Positions 16,050-26,047 of a stretch of 32,000 nucleotides of DNA are shown piece after piece (positions within the stretch are counted from its first letter, which is position 1; the number at the start of each line of letters is the position of its first letter). A program made the translations under genes and the position numbers. The stretch is from positions 479,066-511,065 of the forward strand of contig CP059204.1 in assembly GCA_014251975.1 (NCBI GenBank). Direction: 5' to 3'. The notes beneath the pieces were generated by a model. The model saw only the letters and a program-made list of their open reading frames with translations, was not told the DNA's origin and did not search any database. The DNA comes from Blattabacterium cuenoti. Lineage in GTDB: Bacteria; Bacteroidota; Bacteroidia; Flavobacteriales; Blattabacteriaceae.

Positions 16050-16514
16050 TTAACTATAATTTTGTATAAAATTGTTTTTTGTAATTTTTGCTATTATTTC
16101 TGCTTCAAATGCTAATTCTTTTCCTACATATCCTAACCCTTTCATACTAACAACATCTCTTTTCATTTTATCCAAAAAATAAACTTTTAATATAATTACA
16201 TCTCCAGGAATAATTTTTCTTTTAAATTTTGCCTTATTTATTCGTAAAAAATACGTAGAATATATTTTAGGATTTTTAAATTTACTTAAAATTAATATTG
16301 CACCTACTTGTGCTAGTGCTTCTATTTGTAGTACTCCTGGCATAATTGGTTCATTAGGAAAATGACCTATAAAAAAATATTCATTAATAGTAATATTTTT
16401 AATACCAGTTATATAGTAATCCGATATTTCTATAATTTTATCAACTAATAAAAATGGAGGTTTATGTGGTAATATATCCATTATATTATTTATATCAAGT
16501 ATATTTTTGTACAT
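16050..16514 (-). CDS. fabZ: 3-hydroxyacyl-ACP dehydratase FabZ (stand-alone, not fused to LpxC)
   Basis: 154 aa with LPHKPPFLLVDKI and the catalytic region FFIGHFPNEPIMPGVLQIEALAQ (hotdog fold). ATG at 16512-16514. Confidence 0.92.
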   Translation of the reverse strand: MYKNILDINNIMDILPHKPPFLLVDKIIEISDYYITGIKNITINEYFFIGHFPNEPIMPGVLQIEALAQVGAILILSKFKNPKIYSTYFLRINKAKFKRKIIPGDVIILKVYFLDKMKRDVVSMKGLGYVGKELAFEAEIIAKITKNNFIQNYS

Positions 16515-16855
16515 ATCTAATTAATGATTTTTTCAATTTTTTTATTTTTTTATATATAAAAAATCTATTAATTGTATAATAATTTGGATAATATATTAAA
16601 AATTATAATAATACTTATTAATAAAAATTATAAAAAAAATTTTTAATTTTTATTTTTTATTTGTAAAATCTATCAATTTTAAAAAAATAAACCATTTTAA
16701 AATAAAATTATATAAAAAAACATTAATACATTTTTTTAAGTATTTTTTATAGTAGAAAATATAAATTGTTAGTATATTATTCTATTCTTCTATGTATGCA
16801 AAATAATATGCAAAAATAGTTTTTTGTTTCTCAAACAATTATGTATATTAAGATA

Positions 16856-16939
16856 ATGAATTTTGCGAAAAGATTAATTTTTTTTTTTATGGGATTTTTT
16901 ATTGGTATTTTGATATTAGTTATATTAAAACAGATTTAA
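16856..16939 (+). CDS. Candidate 27-aa single-pass membrane peptide (hypothetical)
   Basis: An ATG-initiated ORF encodes [27 protein letters not shown] and ends at TAA 16937-16939. It has a basic N-terminus, a roughly 18-residue hydrophobic core and a basic C-terminus. It lies 19 nt upstream of rpmH on the same strand. T-rich DNA yields such ORFs by chance, so confidence is low. Confidence 0.25.
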   Translation: MNFAKRLIFFFMGFFIGILILVILKQI

Positions 16940-16958
16940 TAATAAAAAAAAAATAAAT

Positions 16959-17111
16959 ATGATAAGAAAATATAAGAGATCCAATATAAAAAGAATTAAT
17001 ATACATGGATTTATGAGACGTATGAAAACAAAAAGTGGAAGAGCGGTAATTTTGAGAAGGAGAAGAAAAGGAAGAAAATATTTAACAGTTAATGTGTATA
17101 AAAAAAAATAA
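16959..17111 (+). CDS. rpmH: 50S ribosomal protein L34
   Basis: This gene is not in the supplied ORF track because it has only 50 codons. Hand translation gives [50 protein letters not shown], ending at TAA 17109-17111. This matches the L34 pattern (M.R....S..KR...HGFR.RM.T..GR.V..RRR.KGRK.LTV). Confidence 0.92.
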   Translation: MIRKYKRSNIKRINIHGFMRRMKTKSGRAVILRRRRKGRKYLTVNVYKKK

Positions 17112-17125
17112 TAAAATATTTTTTA

Positions 17126-18292
17126 TTAACAAATTTTGAAATTTTTTATATCACCAATTTTTGGGAAAGTTTCTCCATTATTACCATGATATTCTTTACC
17201 TACAGATATTATTTCTTCATAAGAAAAAAACATTGATAAATCACCAATATCTACTATCCTAAAATAATATTCTATTTTTTCATTTAAAAAGTTGAATTTT
17301 TCTATATACATCAAACCTATATCTACAAAAAATTTAGAATTATTTTTTTTTATTTTTACTTTTCTATAAATTCTATCTAATAAAATTTTTCTATTTTTTT
17401 TGATATAAAAATAATTCATATAATTTTTTTTTATAAAAATATTTTCTTTATATATAGAAAATACTCCAAATAAAATAGATAAAAAACTATATTTTCTAAC
17501 TATTGTTTTTTTTATATCTCCAGGATAATTCCCAGATTCTATTAAAATACATGGATATCCATGTATTTGTAAATAATCACCAATAGCAGTGGGTATATAT
17601 TCAGAAGAATATCTCCCTATTGAGCCAATATTATATGGTAATATACTTTTAATATTTTTATATATATTATATATAAGATTCATAGATATTTTTTTAGCAT
17701 AATTAATATCTGTTTTTTTGTTTGATATAGATGGAGACAAAAATGATAATATAGCAGGATTAAATTTTTTTTTACCAACATTATATATGGTTCTTTGATC
17801 ATGTAAATTAAATATTATATTAGGTTTATGTTTTTTAATTTCTTTAATTAATATTTTTATTTCTGGAGATTGTAAGCTGATAGTATCTCTATTTAAGTCT
17901 ATATTTATTGAATTTCTTCTTTGGAAATATTCAGATCCATCTGGATTTAACATTGGAATAAAAAAAATAGTTAAATTTCTAAAAAATATATCTGCTATTT
18001 TTATATTTTCTCTTTTTTTTAAAAAACTAAATAAATCAAATACGGCTTTGGTCCCAGTAGTTTCATTACCATGCATTTGAGATATAATAAATATTTTTTT
18101 TCTACCTACACCCCATTTTATCTTTAAAATTTTTTTTTTTTCTATTGAATATCCAACCAATTCAATATTTAATATATCTCTATAATTTTTTAAAATATTT
18201 TTTAATTCAATATATCTAAAAATTTTAGAATTACTAATATTTTTGTCTTTAAAAAAATTATAATTTTTTAATGTTGATTTAATATCTAGCAT
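17126..18292 (-). CDS. M14-family zinc carboxypeptidase-like protein
   Basis: 388 aa. It has ISQMHGNETTG (HxxE zinc ligands), MLNPDGSEY, DLNRD, FNLHDQ (third His) and ILIESG (candidate catalytic Glu). Confidence 0.8.
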   Translation of the reverse strand: MLDIKSTLKNYNFFKDKNISNSKIFRYIELKNILKNYRDILNIELVGYSIEKKKILKIKWGVGRKKIFIISQMHGNETTGTKAVFDLFSFLKKRENIKIADIFFRNLTIFFIPMLNPDGSEYFQRRNSINIDLNRDTISLQSPEIKILIKEIKKHKPNIIFNLHDQRTIYNVGKKKFNPAILSFLSPSISNKKTDINYAKKISMNLIYNIYKNIKSILPYNIGSIGRYSSEYIPTAIGDYLQIHGYPCILIESGNYPGDIKKTIVRKYSFLSILFGVFSIYKENIFIKKNYMNYFYIKKNRKILLDRIYRKVKIKKNNSKFFVDIGLMYIEKFNFLNEKIEYYFRIVDIGDLSMFFSYEEIISVGKEYHGNNGETFPKIGDIKNFKIC

Positions 18293-18419
18293 ATTATATA
18301 AATTTAGTTTTTATTAAAAAATTGGTTTATATTACTTAATTGGAGATTTATTTAAAATAAATATATTAATTAACACTTTAAAAAAATAAAATAACCGAAA
18401 AATAAGAATTTTTTTTAAT

Positions 18420-19241
18420 ATGAATACTAAGAATTATTTTAAAATAAATTATATAGAATCTGTTTTATTGGTAGTTGTATTTATTACTTTAAATTTTTTT
18501 AATATAATATTTAGAAAAATATTATATTTATTTAATCTTTCAGATGGAATTATATTTTCAATATCATATACAATACCTTTTATTTTTTTGTTTATGTTGA
18601 TATCTTATCAAGCAAAAAAAAAAAAATTATTTATAAATATATCTTATAAATTCTCCCCATGGTATATTTATATAATAATTTTTTTAATGATGTTGTCAAT
18701 TATAATAGTAAATGAATATATATCTTCAATTATTCCTAGAAATGGGCCAATATTAGGAAAAATGTATAAAGAAGTAGATAAGTTTTTAAAAGAAGAAATT
18801 AAAAATCCTATTCCATTTTTTTCTACAACAGTTTTATTAGCGCCTATTTGCGAAGAAGTTTTTTTTAGGGGGATTATTTTAAATGGAATGTTAAAAAATA
18901 ATATAAATCCAATAAAAGCGGTAATATTTTCATCATTTTTATTTGGATTAACTCACATGAATCCATGGCAATTAATAGGTGGGCTAATAATAGGATCATT
19001 TATAGGATTTACATATGTTATAACTAATTCTATTATAGATTGTATATTATTACACATAATGAATAATTTATTAGCTATTATTAGTATTTTTATTTTTATA
19101 AAAAAGAATAGAAATAATATTTTTTTAGAAGACAATATTTTTAACTACTTATATCCATTTATAATTAGTATTTTATTATTAATTATTGGATCTTATATCC
19201 TTTTAAAAATAAAAAAAAATAACAATATAAAAAATATATAA
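18420..19241 (+). CDS. CPBP-family intramembrane glutamic endopeptidase (CAAX protease-like)
   Basis: 273 aa and multi-TM. It has the three CPBP motifs: CEEVFFRG, FGLTHMN and LLHIMNN. Confidence 0.85.
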   Translation: MNTKNYFKINYIESVLLVVVFITLNFFNIIFRKILYLFNLSDGIIFSISYTIPFIFLFMLISYQAKKKKLFINISYKFSPWYIYIIIFLMMLSIIIVNEYISSIIPRNGPILGKMYKEVDKFLKEEIKNPIPFFSTTVLLAPICEEVFFRGIILNGMLKNNINPIKAVIFSSFLFGLTHMNPWQLIGGLIIGSFIGFTYVITNSIIDCILLHIMNNLLAIISIFIFIKKNRNNIFLEDNIFNYLYPFIISILLLIIGSYILLKIKKNNNIKNI

Positions 19242-19251
19242 TATTTTTTTA

Positions 19252-20169
19252 ATGAAAAAACCTTCATTAACAATTTTAGGATGTCATTCTTCAATACCTA
19301 CAGAAAAATTTTATCCAACAGCACAAATATTAGAAATAAAAGGATTTTATAACCTTATAGACTGTGGAGAGGGAACACAGGTACAAATTAGAAAATCTAA
19401 AATAAAATTTAATAAAATAATTAATATTTTTATTTCTCATTTACATGGAGATCATTATTTTGGATTGATAGGCCTTTTATCTACTTTTCATTTATTAGGT
19501 AGAGAAAAATCTATTACTATTTATGCACCAAAAGGTTTAAAAGAAATTATAAATATTCATTTCAAATTGTCTTACACTAAATTAAAATATTATATATATT
19601 ATATAGAATTATCTTCTCAAGAACTAGAAAAAATAATAGATAATGATAAAATAGAAGTATATTCTATCCCTTTAAATCATAGAATTTATACTAATGGCTT
19701 TATATTTAAAGAAAAACCAAGCAATAGGAAGCTAAACATAGAAGAAATAAAGAAAATTTCATCTATTAAAATAAAAGATTATAAATCTATAAAATTAGGA
19801 CTAGATTTTAAAACAAATAATGGTAAAATCATCCCTAATTCAAAATTAACGTTTGATCCTCCTAAAATATTATCTTATGCTTTTTGTTCTGATACGTCTT
19901 TTCATATTCCTATTGTAAAATATATAAAAAATGTTGACTTATTATATCATGAATCTACTTTTTTAAAATCTGAAGAAGAAAAAGCTATAAAAACTGGGCA
20001 TTCAACAGCTTATCAAGCTGCATATATAGCGAAAAAAGCAAATGTTAAAAAATTATTATTAGGGCATTATTCAAATAGATTCACTAATATTGAGTTATTT
20101 AAAAAAGAAGCAAAAGAAATATTTTATAATGTAGAAACATCTGTCCCATTAAAAAAATATTATTTATAA
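19252..20169 (+). CDS. rnz: Ribonuclease Z (tRNA 3' endonuclease)
   Basis: 305 aa with the metallo-beta-lactamase motif ISHLHGDHYFGL, plus CSDT...YHEST and LGHYS motifs. Confidence 0.9.
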   Translation: MKKPSLTILGCHSSIPTEKFYPTAQILEIKGFYNLIDCGEGTQVQIRKSKIKFNKIINIFISHLHGDHYFGLIGLLSTFHLLGREKSITIYAPKGLKEIINIHFKLSYTKLKYYIYYIELSSQELEKIIDNDKIEVYSIPLNHRIYTNGFIFKEKPSNRKLNIEEIKKISSIKIKDYKSIKLGLDFKTNNGKIIPNSKLTFDPPKILSYAFCSDTSFHIPIVKYIKNVDLLYHESTFLKSEEEKAIKTGHSTAYQAAYIAKKANVKKLLLGHYSNRFTNIELFKKEAKEIFYNVETSVPLKKYYL

Positions 20170-20170
20170 A

Positions 20171-20482
20171 TTAATTATTATAGTAATAAAAACTTAACTT
20201 AGGTATTATTTTTACTCTATATCTTAATCTATTATATAAAATTTTTCTAAAAAACTTTGCTTTATAACTAAAATATTTAATTAATTCTTTATCTATGGTT
20301 GGATATATTTTAATATAGGCTTTTATTAATTTAAAATCTGAATATAAGTATATTTTAACTAATGTTACCAATTTGTTAGTAATACAAATATTTCTTACTT
20401 CTTCATTTAATATTTCTGATAGTTCAATGAAAAATATTGAAGATAATTTTTCGTTTTTAATAAAATTCATTTTAAATTGCAT
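20171..20482 (-). CDS. rbfA: Ribosome-binding factor A
   Basis: 103 aa. SSIFFIELSEILNEE..., VTLVKIYLYSDFKLIKAYI and the C-terminal LRYRVKIIPKLSFYYYNN match the RbfA pattern (compare E. coli MRLRIVPELTFFYDNS, from memory). The start is ATG 20482, or possibly 20470. Confidence 0.8.
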   Translation of the reverse strand: MQFKMNFIKNEKLSSIFFIELSEILNEEVRNICITNKLVTLVKIYLYSDFKLIKAYIKIYPTIDKELIKYFSYKAKFFRKILYNRLRYRVKIIPKLSFYYYNN

Positions 20483-20490
20483 TAATATTA

Positions 20491-20565
20491 GGTCCCATAG
20501 CTCAGTTTGGTTAGAGCATCTGACTCATAATCAGGGGGTCGCTGGTTCAAATCCAGCTGGGACCA
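20491..20565 (+). tRNA. tRNA with anticodon CAU, most like tRNA-Ile2 (lysidine-modified) by overall resemblance
   Basis: Hand-folded, 75 nt: GGUCCCA UA GCUC AGUUUGGUUA GAGC A UCUGA CUCAUAA UCAGG GGGUC GCUGG UUCAAAU CCAGC UGGGACC A. All stems pair. The acceptor and T-arm pattern (GG.CC...GGUCGCUGGUUCAA.UCCAGC.GG..CCA) resembles ileX-type tRNAs as I recall them. No CCA is encoded. Confidence 0.85.
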
Positions 20566-20581
20566 TATTTTTTACTATTTG

Positions 20582-20656
20582 AAACTGGAATGGGATTCGA
20601 ACCCATAGCTTATAGTTTAGGAAACTATTGTTCTATCCTAATTGAACTATCCAGTC
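20582..20656 (-). tRNA. tRNA-Arg (anticodon CCU)
   Basis: Hand-folded from the reverse complement, 75 nt: GACUGGA UA GUUC AAUUAGGAUA GAAC A AUAGU UUCCUAA ACUAU AAGCU AUGGG UUCGAAU CCCAU UCCAGUU U. It has a G1:U72 wobble and the other stems are perfect. No CCA is encoded. The 5' end lies 2 nt after the rpmA stop. Confidence 0.8.
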
Positions 20657-20658
20657 AT

Positions 20659-20907
20659 TTATTTAACAAAAACAATAGATTTATTTTTTTTTATTTTTTT
20701 AAAAAATACAAATCCATTTTTTAAAGAATACAAAGTATGATCTTTACCAATACCAACATTTTGTCCTGGAAAAAATTTAGTCCCTCTTTGACGTACTATT
20801 ATATTACCAGAATTTGCATATTGATTTCCATATATTTTAATACCTAATCTCCTTCCAGAAGAATCTCTACCATTTCTTGAACTACCTGATCCCTTTTTAT
20901 GTGCCAT
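20659..20907 (-). CDS. rpmA: 50S ribosomal protein L27
   Basis: 82 aa. [27 protein letters not shown]...[13 protein letters not shown] is the canonical L27 sequence. Confidence 0.96.
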   Translation of the reverse strand: MAHKKGSGSSRNGRDSSGRRLGIKIYGNQYANSGNIIVRQRGTKFFPGQNVGIGKDHTLYSLKNGFVFFKKIKKNKSIVFVK

Positions 20908-21238
20908 TTTTTTTATTTTTTTCTACAAAAGAAATTACTTGTATTTTTGATAAGAGTGATCTAAAACCATTTTTTTTTTTATATCCCTTTCTCCTTTTTT
21001 TCTTAAAAATAATAATTTTTTTACCTTTTAAATGTTCTAAAATCTTTATATGTACGATAATATTTTTTAAATAAGGTGTACCTATAAAAATTTTTTTTTC
21101 ATCAACAACAAATAAAGATACTTTATCCAAAAATATTTTTTCTTCTTTTTTTATTGATATACGTGGTACATATACATATTTATTTTGAATTAATTTAAAT
21201 TGCATACCTTTTATATCAACTATAGCATAAGATATCAT
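20897..21238 (-). CDS. rplU: 50S ribosomal protein L21
   Basis: 113 aa: [16 protein letters not shown]...[30 protein letters not shown]. It lies immediately upstream of rpmA (the conserved rplU-rpmA pair) and overlaps it by 11 nt. Confidence 0.92.
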   Translation of the reverse strand: MISYAIVDIKGMQFKLIQNKYVYVPRISIKKEEKIFLDKVSLFVVDEKKIFIGTPYLKNIIVHIKILEHLKGKKIIIFKKKRRKGYKKKNGFRSLLSKIQVISFVEKNKKNGT

Positions 21239-21243
21239 AATTT

Positions 21244-22479
21244 TTACTTTAAAATTTTTCTTACTTTTAACAAGCTTTCAAATATATAATCTATTTCTTC
21301 AAATGTATTATATATGGAAAAACTTAACCTTACCATTCCAGTGACTTTAAAAAAGTTCATTAATGGTTGCGCACACATACTGCCTGTACGTACAGAAATA
21401 CCTAATTTATCCAAAATACAACCAATATCAAAACAATGTTTATTTTTTAAATTAAAAGATATAATACTAGATTTTTTTGAAAAATCAGTTATTTTACAAC
21501 CATAAAATTTAATTTCTTTTATATAACTTAATTTTTTAAGTGCATATTTTATCAAATTTTTTTTATAAATCTGTATTTTTAATAGTCCTATATCTTCTAT
21601 AAAATTTAATGCTTCTCCCCAAACAAAAATACCCTCTATATTTGGTGTTCCTGCTTCAAATTTAAACGGTAAATCTGAATATGTAGTTTTTTTAAAACTA
21701 ACTTCTTTTATCATTTCTCCACCAAATTGATAAGGATAAAGATTATTTAAAATTTCTTTTTTCCCATATAACATCCCTATTCCAGTAGGACCATACATTT
21801 TATGTGCAGAAAAAGTATAAAAATCTACATCCAAATCTTGAACGTTTAAACATAAATCAGAAGAGGCTTGTGCTCCATCAACTAAAACCATTGATCCATA
21901 TGAATGAGATATTTTAACAATGTATTTAATAGGATTAACTATACCTAATACATTAGATATATGACTAATAGATACTATTTTTGTTTTTTTTGAAATTAAA
22001 TTTTCAAATTTTTCCAAATCTAAAAATCCATCTTTTTTTATAGGAATAATTTTTAAAATAGCATTTTTATTTTTACAAAGTATTTGCCATGGAACTATAT
22101 TAGAATGATGCTCTAAATATGAAATTATTATCTCATCTCCTTTTTGTATTACATTACTTAAACTAGTAGCTATTAAATTAATAGATTCTGTAGTTCCCTT
22201 TGTAAATAATATTTCTGAAGAATATTTAGCATTAATAAACTTCTTAAGTTTTTTTCTAGTATTTTCTACAAATGTAGTAGATTTTTGACTAAGATAATAA
22301 ACTCCTCTATGGATATTAGAATTTACTTTAGAATAAAAATATTTTGATGCATTAATTACTTGTATTGGTTTTTGTGTAGTAGCAGCGTTATCAACATACA
22401 CTAATTTATTAGAATAAACTTTTTCTTTTAAAATTGGGAATTTATCTCTAATTATGTTTATTTCTTTTTTTGAAAACAT
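21244..22479 (-). CDS. sufS: Cysteine desulfurase SufS
   Basis: 411 aa. It has FSAHKMYGPTGIG (PLP-lysine region) and VRTGSMCAQP (catalytic Cys loop). It is the last gene of the suf cluster. Confidence 0.93.
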   Translation of the reverse strand: MFSKKEINIIRDKFPILKEKVYSNKLVYVDNAATTQKPIQVINASKYFYSKVNSNIHRGVYYLSQKSTTFVENTRKKLKKFINAKYSSEILFTKGTTESINLIATSLSNVIQKGDEIIISYLEHHSNIVPWQILCKNKNAILKIIPIKKDGFLDLEKFENLISKKTKIVSISHISNVLGIVNPIKYIVKISHSYGSMVLVDGAQASSDLCLNVQDLDVDFYTFSAHKMYGPTGIGMLYGKKEILNNLYPYQFGGEMIKEVSFKKTTYSDLPFKFEAGTPNIEGIFVWGEALNFIEDIGLLKIQIYKKNLIKYALKKLSYIKEIKFYGCKITDFSKKSSIISFNLKNKHCFDIGCILDKLGISVRTGSMCAQPLMNFFKVTGMVRLSFSIYNTFEEIDYIFESLLKVRKILK

Positions 22480-22488
22480 TATATATTT

Positions 22489-23808
22489 TTATAAAAATTT
22501 ATCTAATTTTTTATTTATTTTTTTTTGTATTAATATTTGTATTTCAAAAAAATTAATAAATCTTATTAATTCTTCTAAAAAAGATAATAATAATAGTATT
22601 TTACTTTCTTTTCTGGAAATTCCTCTAGATTGCAAATAAAACATTTCAGAATCCTGTATATTACCTACAGTACAACCATGTGAACATTTAACATCTTTTG
22701 ATGATATTTCTAGTTGTGGTTTAGAATAAATATTAGATTCCTTAGAAAAAAGAATATTATTATTTTTTTGAAAAGAATTTATTCTTTTAATAAATTTATT
22801 AATAATTATTTTACCGTTAAAAATACACTTAGATTTATTAAATAGAATATTTTTATACAATTGATAACTATTAGAATTTGAATATAAATGGTTGATTACA
22901 GTATGATTACTAACAAATTTATTTTCTGATAAAATAGAAATACCATATAAATAAGAATATGTTCCTTTTCCAAGTGAAAAAATATTTAGATTATTTTTTA
23001 TAGATTTTCCACATAAAGAAAAAGTATAAACTGTACATGTACTATTTTGTTTATGTTTTAAAAAAGTACTATCCAATAATAACACATTTTCATCGTTATC
23101 TTGAATTTTATAATATTTAACATTACTATCATTATTAGAATAAATACTATTTGACAAGTTAACTATAAAAGATGTATTTTCCCCAATATATTTATAATGT
23201 TCAATAATTTTAACATGTGAATTTTTTCCTACTAAAATTAAATTTCTATAATTTAACATTATTTTATTATAGAATTTAATATCTGTTAAAATATGCAATA
23301 TTTCTATTGGTTTTTTTAGTATAATATTATTAGGTATTTTAATATATACTCCTTCTTTTGATAAAATTATATTTATACTATAAAATGTATTGTATTTGTA
23401 AATATTAATAAATTTATCAAATTTATTTGTTGTATTTAGTATTTTATCTTCTGTTTTTGTATTAATTTCTGAAAAACTAAAATTACTTATATCTTCAAAT
23501 TTAGAAAATTTTTTATAATATTTCCCGTTAACAAATACAAATAAATAACTGTCCATTATTTGACATTTATCTATTGTATTATATATTTTATTATTTGTTG
23601 CATATAACTTTGAATTATTATATAAAATTTTATATTTTTCTTTTAAAATATAATTAAAATATATACTACCTATTGTTTCTTTAAAAAATGAATTATATCT
23701 ATTTTTTAGAAAAAATTTTATATGTTTTTTTATTAAATAAGAAAAACATAATTTATTATTAATTAAATTAATTTTTGATATTAAAGTATCAATTTCGTAC
23801 TTTAACAT
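22489..23808 (-). CDS. sufD: Fe-S cluster assembly protein SufD
   Basis: 439 aa. The C-terminal signature is PQLEISSKDVKCSHGCTVGNIQDSEMFYLQSRGISRKESKILL. It sits between sufC and sufS. Confidence 0.88.
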   Translation of the reverse strand: MLKYEIDTLISKINLINNKLCFSYLIKKHIKFFLKNRYNSFFKETIGSIYFNYILKEKYKILYNNSKLYATNNKIYNTIDKCQIMDSYLFVFVNGKYYKKFSKFEDISNFSFSEINTKTEDKILNTTNKFDKFINIYKYNTFYSINIILSKEGVYIKIPNNIILKKPIEILHILTDIKFYNKIMLNYRNLILVGKNSHVKIIEHYKYIGENTSFIVNLSNSIYSNNDSNVKYYKIQDNDENVLLLDSTFLKHKQNSTCTVYTFSLCGKSIKNNLNIFSLGKGTYSYLYGISILSENKFVSNHTVINHLYSNSNSYQLYKNILFNKSKCIFNGKIIINKFIKRINSFQKNNNILFSKESNIYSKPQLEISSKDVKCSHGCTVGNIQDSEMFYLQSRGISRKESKILLLLSFLEELIRFINFFEIQILIQKKINKKLDKFL

Positions 23809-23816
23809 TTTAAAAA

Positions 23817-24578
23817 TTATTTATTATTTTTTTTAATCCAATCATATCCTTCTTTTTCTATGACATCAACTAACTGTTTTGTTCCAGACTTTATAATTTT
23901 ACCATTATAAAGAATATGTATAATGAAATCTGAATTTAAATAATCTAATAATCTTCTATAATGAGTAATTATTAAAATAGAATTTTTTTTTTTATTTATA
24001 AATGAATTAATAACTCTAGATACTGTTCTAAGAGCATCAATATCTAATCCAGAATCTATTTCATCTAAAATAGTAAAAATTGGGTTTAACATCATCATTT
24101 GAAATATTTCATTAAGTTTTTTTTCTCCTCCTGAGAATCCATCATTTAAAAATCTATATATAAATTTTTTTTCAATATTTAATAGAGAAGATATTTTTCT
24201 TGCTTTTAATAAAATTTCTCTTGAAGAAATTTGTTGAAGATTTTTTGCTTTACGTATTGAATTAATAGAATTTTTAACAAAATTAATAATTGATAAACCA
24301 GGAATTTCTGTGGGATTTTGAAAAGTTAAAAATATTCCTAAATGGGAACGTATATCTGGAGAAAAATTAATAATATTTTTATTTAAAAATAATATATTTC
24401 CTTTTATAATATTATAATCTTGTTTTCCAGCTATTACAGATGCTAAAGTACTTTTTCCAGAAGCGTTAGGCCCCATTATTACGTGTATTTCTCCAACTTT
24501 AATATTTAAATTTATTCCCTTAAGTATTTCTTTGCCGTTTTTTGAATTAGCATGTAAATTAGTTATTTTTAATAACAT
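23817..24578 (-). CDS. sufC: Fe-S cluster assembly ATPase SufC
   Basis: 253 aa with Walker A GPNASGKST, ABC signature FSGGEKK and Walker B ILDEIDSGLD. Confidence 0.96.
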   Translation of the reverse strand: MLLKITNLHANSKNGKEILKGINLNIKVGEIHVIMGPNASGKSTLASVIAGKQDYNIIKGNILFLNKNIINFSPDIRSHLGIFLTFQNPTEIPGLSIINFVKNSINSIRKAKNLQQISSREILLKARKISSLLNIEKKFIYRFLNDGFSGGEKKLNEIFQMMMLNPIFTILDEIDSGLDIDALRTVSRVINSFINKKKNSILIITHYRRLLDYLNSDFIIHILYNGKIIKSGTKQLVDVIEKEGYDWIKKNNK

Positions 24579-24592
24579 ATATTTATAATTAT

Positions 24593-26041
24593 TTATCCAA
24601 CAGATCCTTCTAAAGATATTTCCAATAATTTTTGAGCTTCTACTGCAAATTCCATTGGTAATTTTTTTAATACTTCATTACTAAATCCATTAATAATTAA
24701 AGATATTGCTTTATCTATATCAATACCTCTTTGATTACAATAAAAAATTTGATCTTTACCTATTTTAGATGTAGTAGCTTCATGTTCTACCTGAGAACTT
24801 GAATTACTTACACTAACATATGGAAAAGTATTTGCACAGCATTTATTTCCAATAAGCAAAGAATCACATTGAGAAAAATTTCTAGAATTTTTTGATTTTG
24901 ATAATATTTTTACTAATCCTCTATAATTATTTTGTGCATTACCACATGAAATACCTTTTGATATTATTGTGCTTTTTGTATAATTTCCTATATGTATCAT
25001 TTTAGTACCTGTATCAGCTTGTTGAAAATTTTTAGTTATAGATAATGAATAAAATTCACCTATAGAAAAATCTCCTTTTAAAATACATGATGGATATTTC
25101 CAAGTTATTGAAGATCCTGTTTCAACTTGGATCCAAGATATTTTTGCTTGTTTTTCACATAATCCACGTTTAGTTACAAAATTTAAAATACCTCCTACCC
25201 CATTTTTATCTCCTGGATACCAATTTTGTACAGTTGAATATTTAACATTAGAATTTTCTAAAGCTACAATTTCTACCACTGCAGCATGTAATTGATTTTC
25301 TTTTCTTTGTGGTGCAGTACATCCTTCTAAATAACTAACTTTAGAATTTTTATCGGCAATAATTAAAGTTCTTTCAAATTGACCAATTCCACTTTCATTT
25401 ATTCTAAAATATGTAGAAAGTTCCATAGGACAAATTATACCTTTAGGTATATAACAAAAGGATCCATCTGAAAATACAGCAGAATTTAAAGCAGCATAAA
25501 AATTATCTGTTCTTGATACTACTGTACCTAAATATTTTTTAATTATATCTGGATATTTATTAATTGCCTCATTAATAGAGCAAAATATAATACCTTTTTT
25601 TTTTAAACTGTCTTTAAAAGTAGTTCCTAAAGATATAGAATCTAAAATAAAATCTGTTGATATTTTTTTTAATTTACTTTTATCTTCTTTTATATTAATA
25701 CCTAATTTTTCAAAAGTTTTTATAATTTTTGGATCTATTTCATTAAAATTTTTTTTTTTATTAAAATTAACAGGAGAAGAATAATAACATATTTTTTGAA
25801 AATCAGGGGTTACATAATGTATATTAGCCCATTTTGGTGGAGACATTTTTTCCCATATATGAAAGGCTTCTAATCTCCATTTTAACATCCATTTAGGTTC
25901 ATTATTTTTTTCTGAAATTTTACAAATAATATTTTTATTTATCCCTTTATTTATTTTATAAGATTTAATATCTGTATTAAATCCATATTTATATTCATAA
26001 TTTTTTAAATATTCTAATTTTTTATCTTTTTTTTTTTTCAT
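24593..26041 (-). CDS. sufB: Fe-S cluster assembly scaffold protein SufB
   Basis: 482 aa with ...[22 protein letters not shown]... and [21 protein letters not shown]. It is adjacent to sufC. The coding sequence starts with ATG followed by an A12 run (MKKKK). Confidence 0.95.
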   Translation of the reverse strand: MKKKKDKKLEYLKNYEYKYGFNTDIKSYKINKGINKNIICKISEKNNEPKWMLKWRLEAFHIWEKMSPPKWANIHYVTPDFQKICYYSSPVNFNKKKNFNEIDPKIIKTFEKLGINIKEDKSKLKKISTDFILDSISLGTTFKDSLKKKGIIFCSINEAINKYPDIIKKYLGTVVSRTDNFYAALNSAVFSDGSFCYIPKGIICPMELSTYFRINESGIGQFERTLIIADKNSKVSYLEGCTAPQRKENQLHAAVVEIVALENSNVKYSTVQNWYPGDKNGVGGILNFVTKRGLCEKQAKISWIQVETGSSITWKYPSCILKGDFSIGEFYSLSITKNFQQADTGTKMIHIGNYTKSTIISKGISCGNAQNNYRGLVKILSKSKNSRNFSQCDSLLIGNKCCANTFPYVSVSNSSSQVEHEATTSKIGKDQIFYCNQRGIDIDKAISLIINGFSNEVLKKLPMEFAVEAQKLLEISLEGSVG

Positions 26042-26047
26042 TATTAT

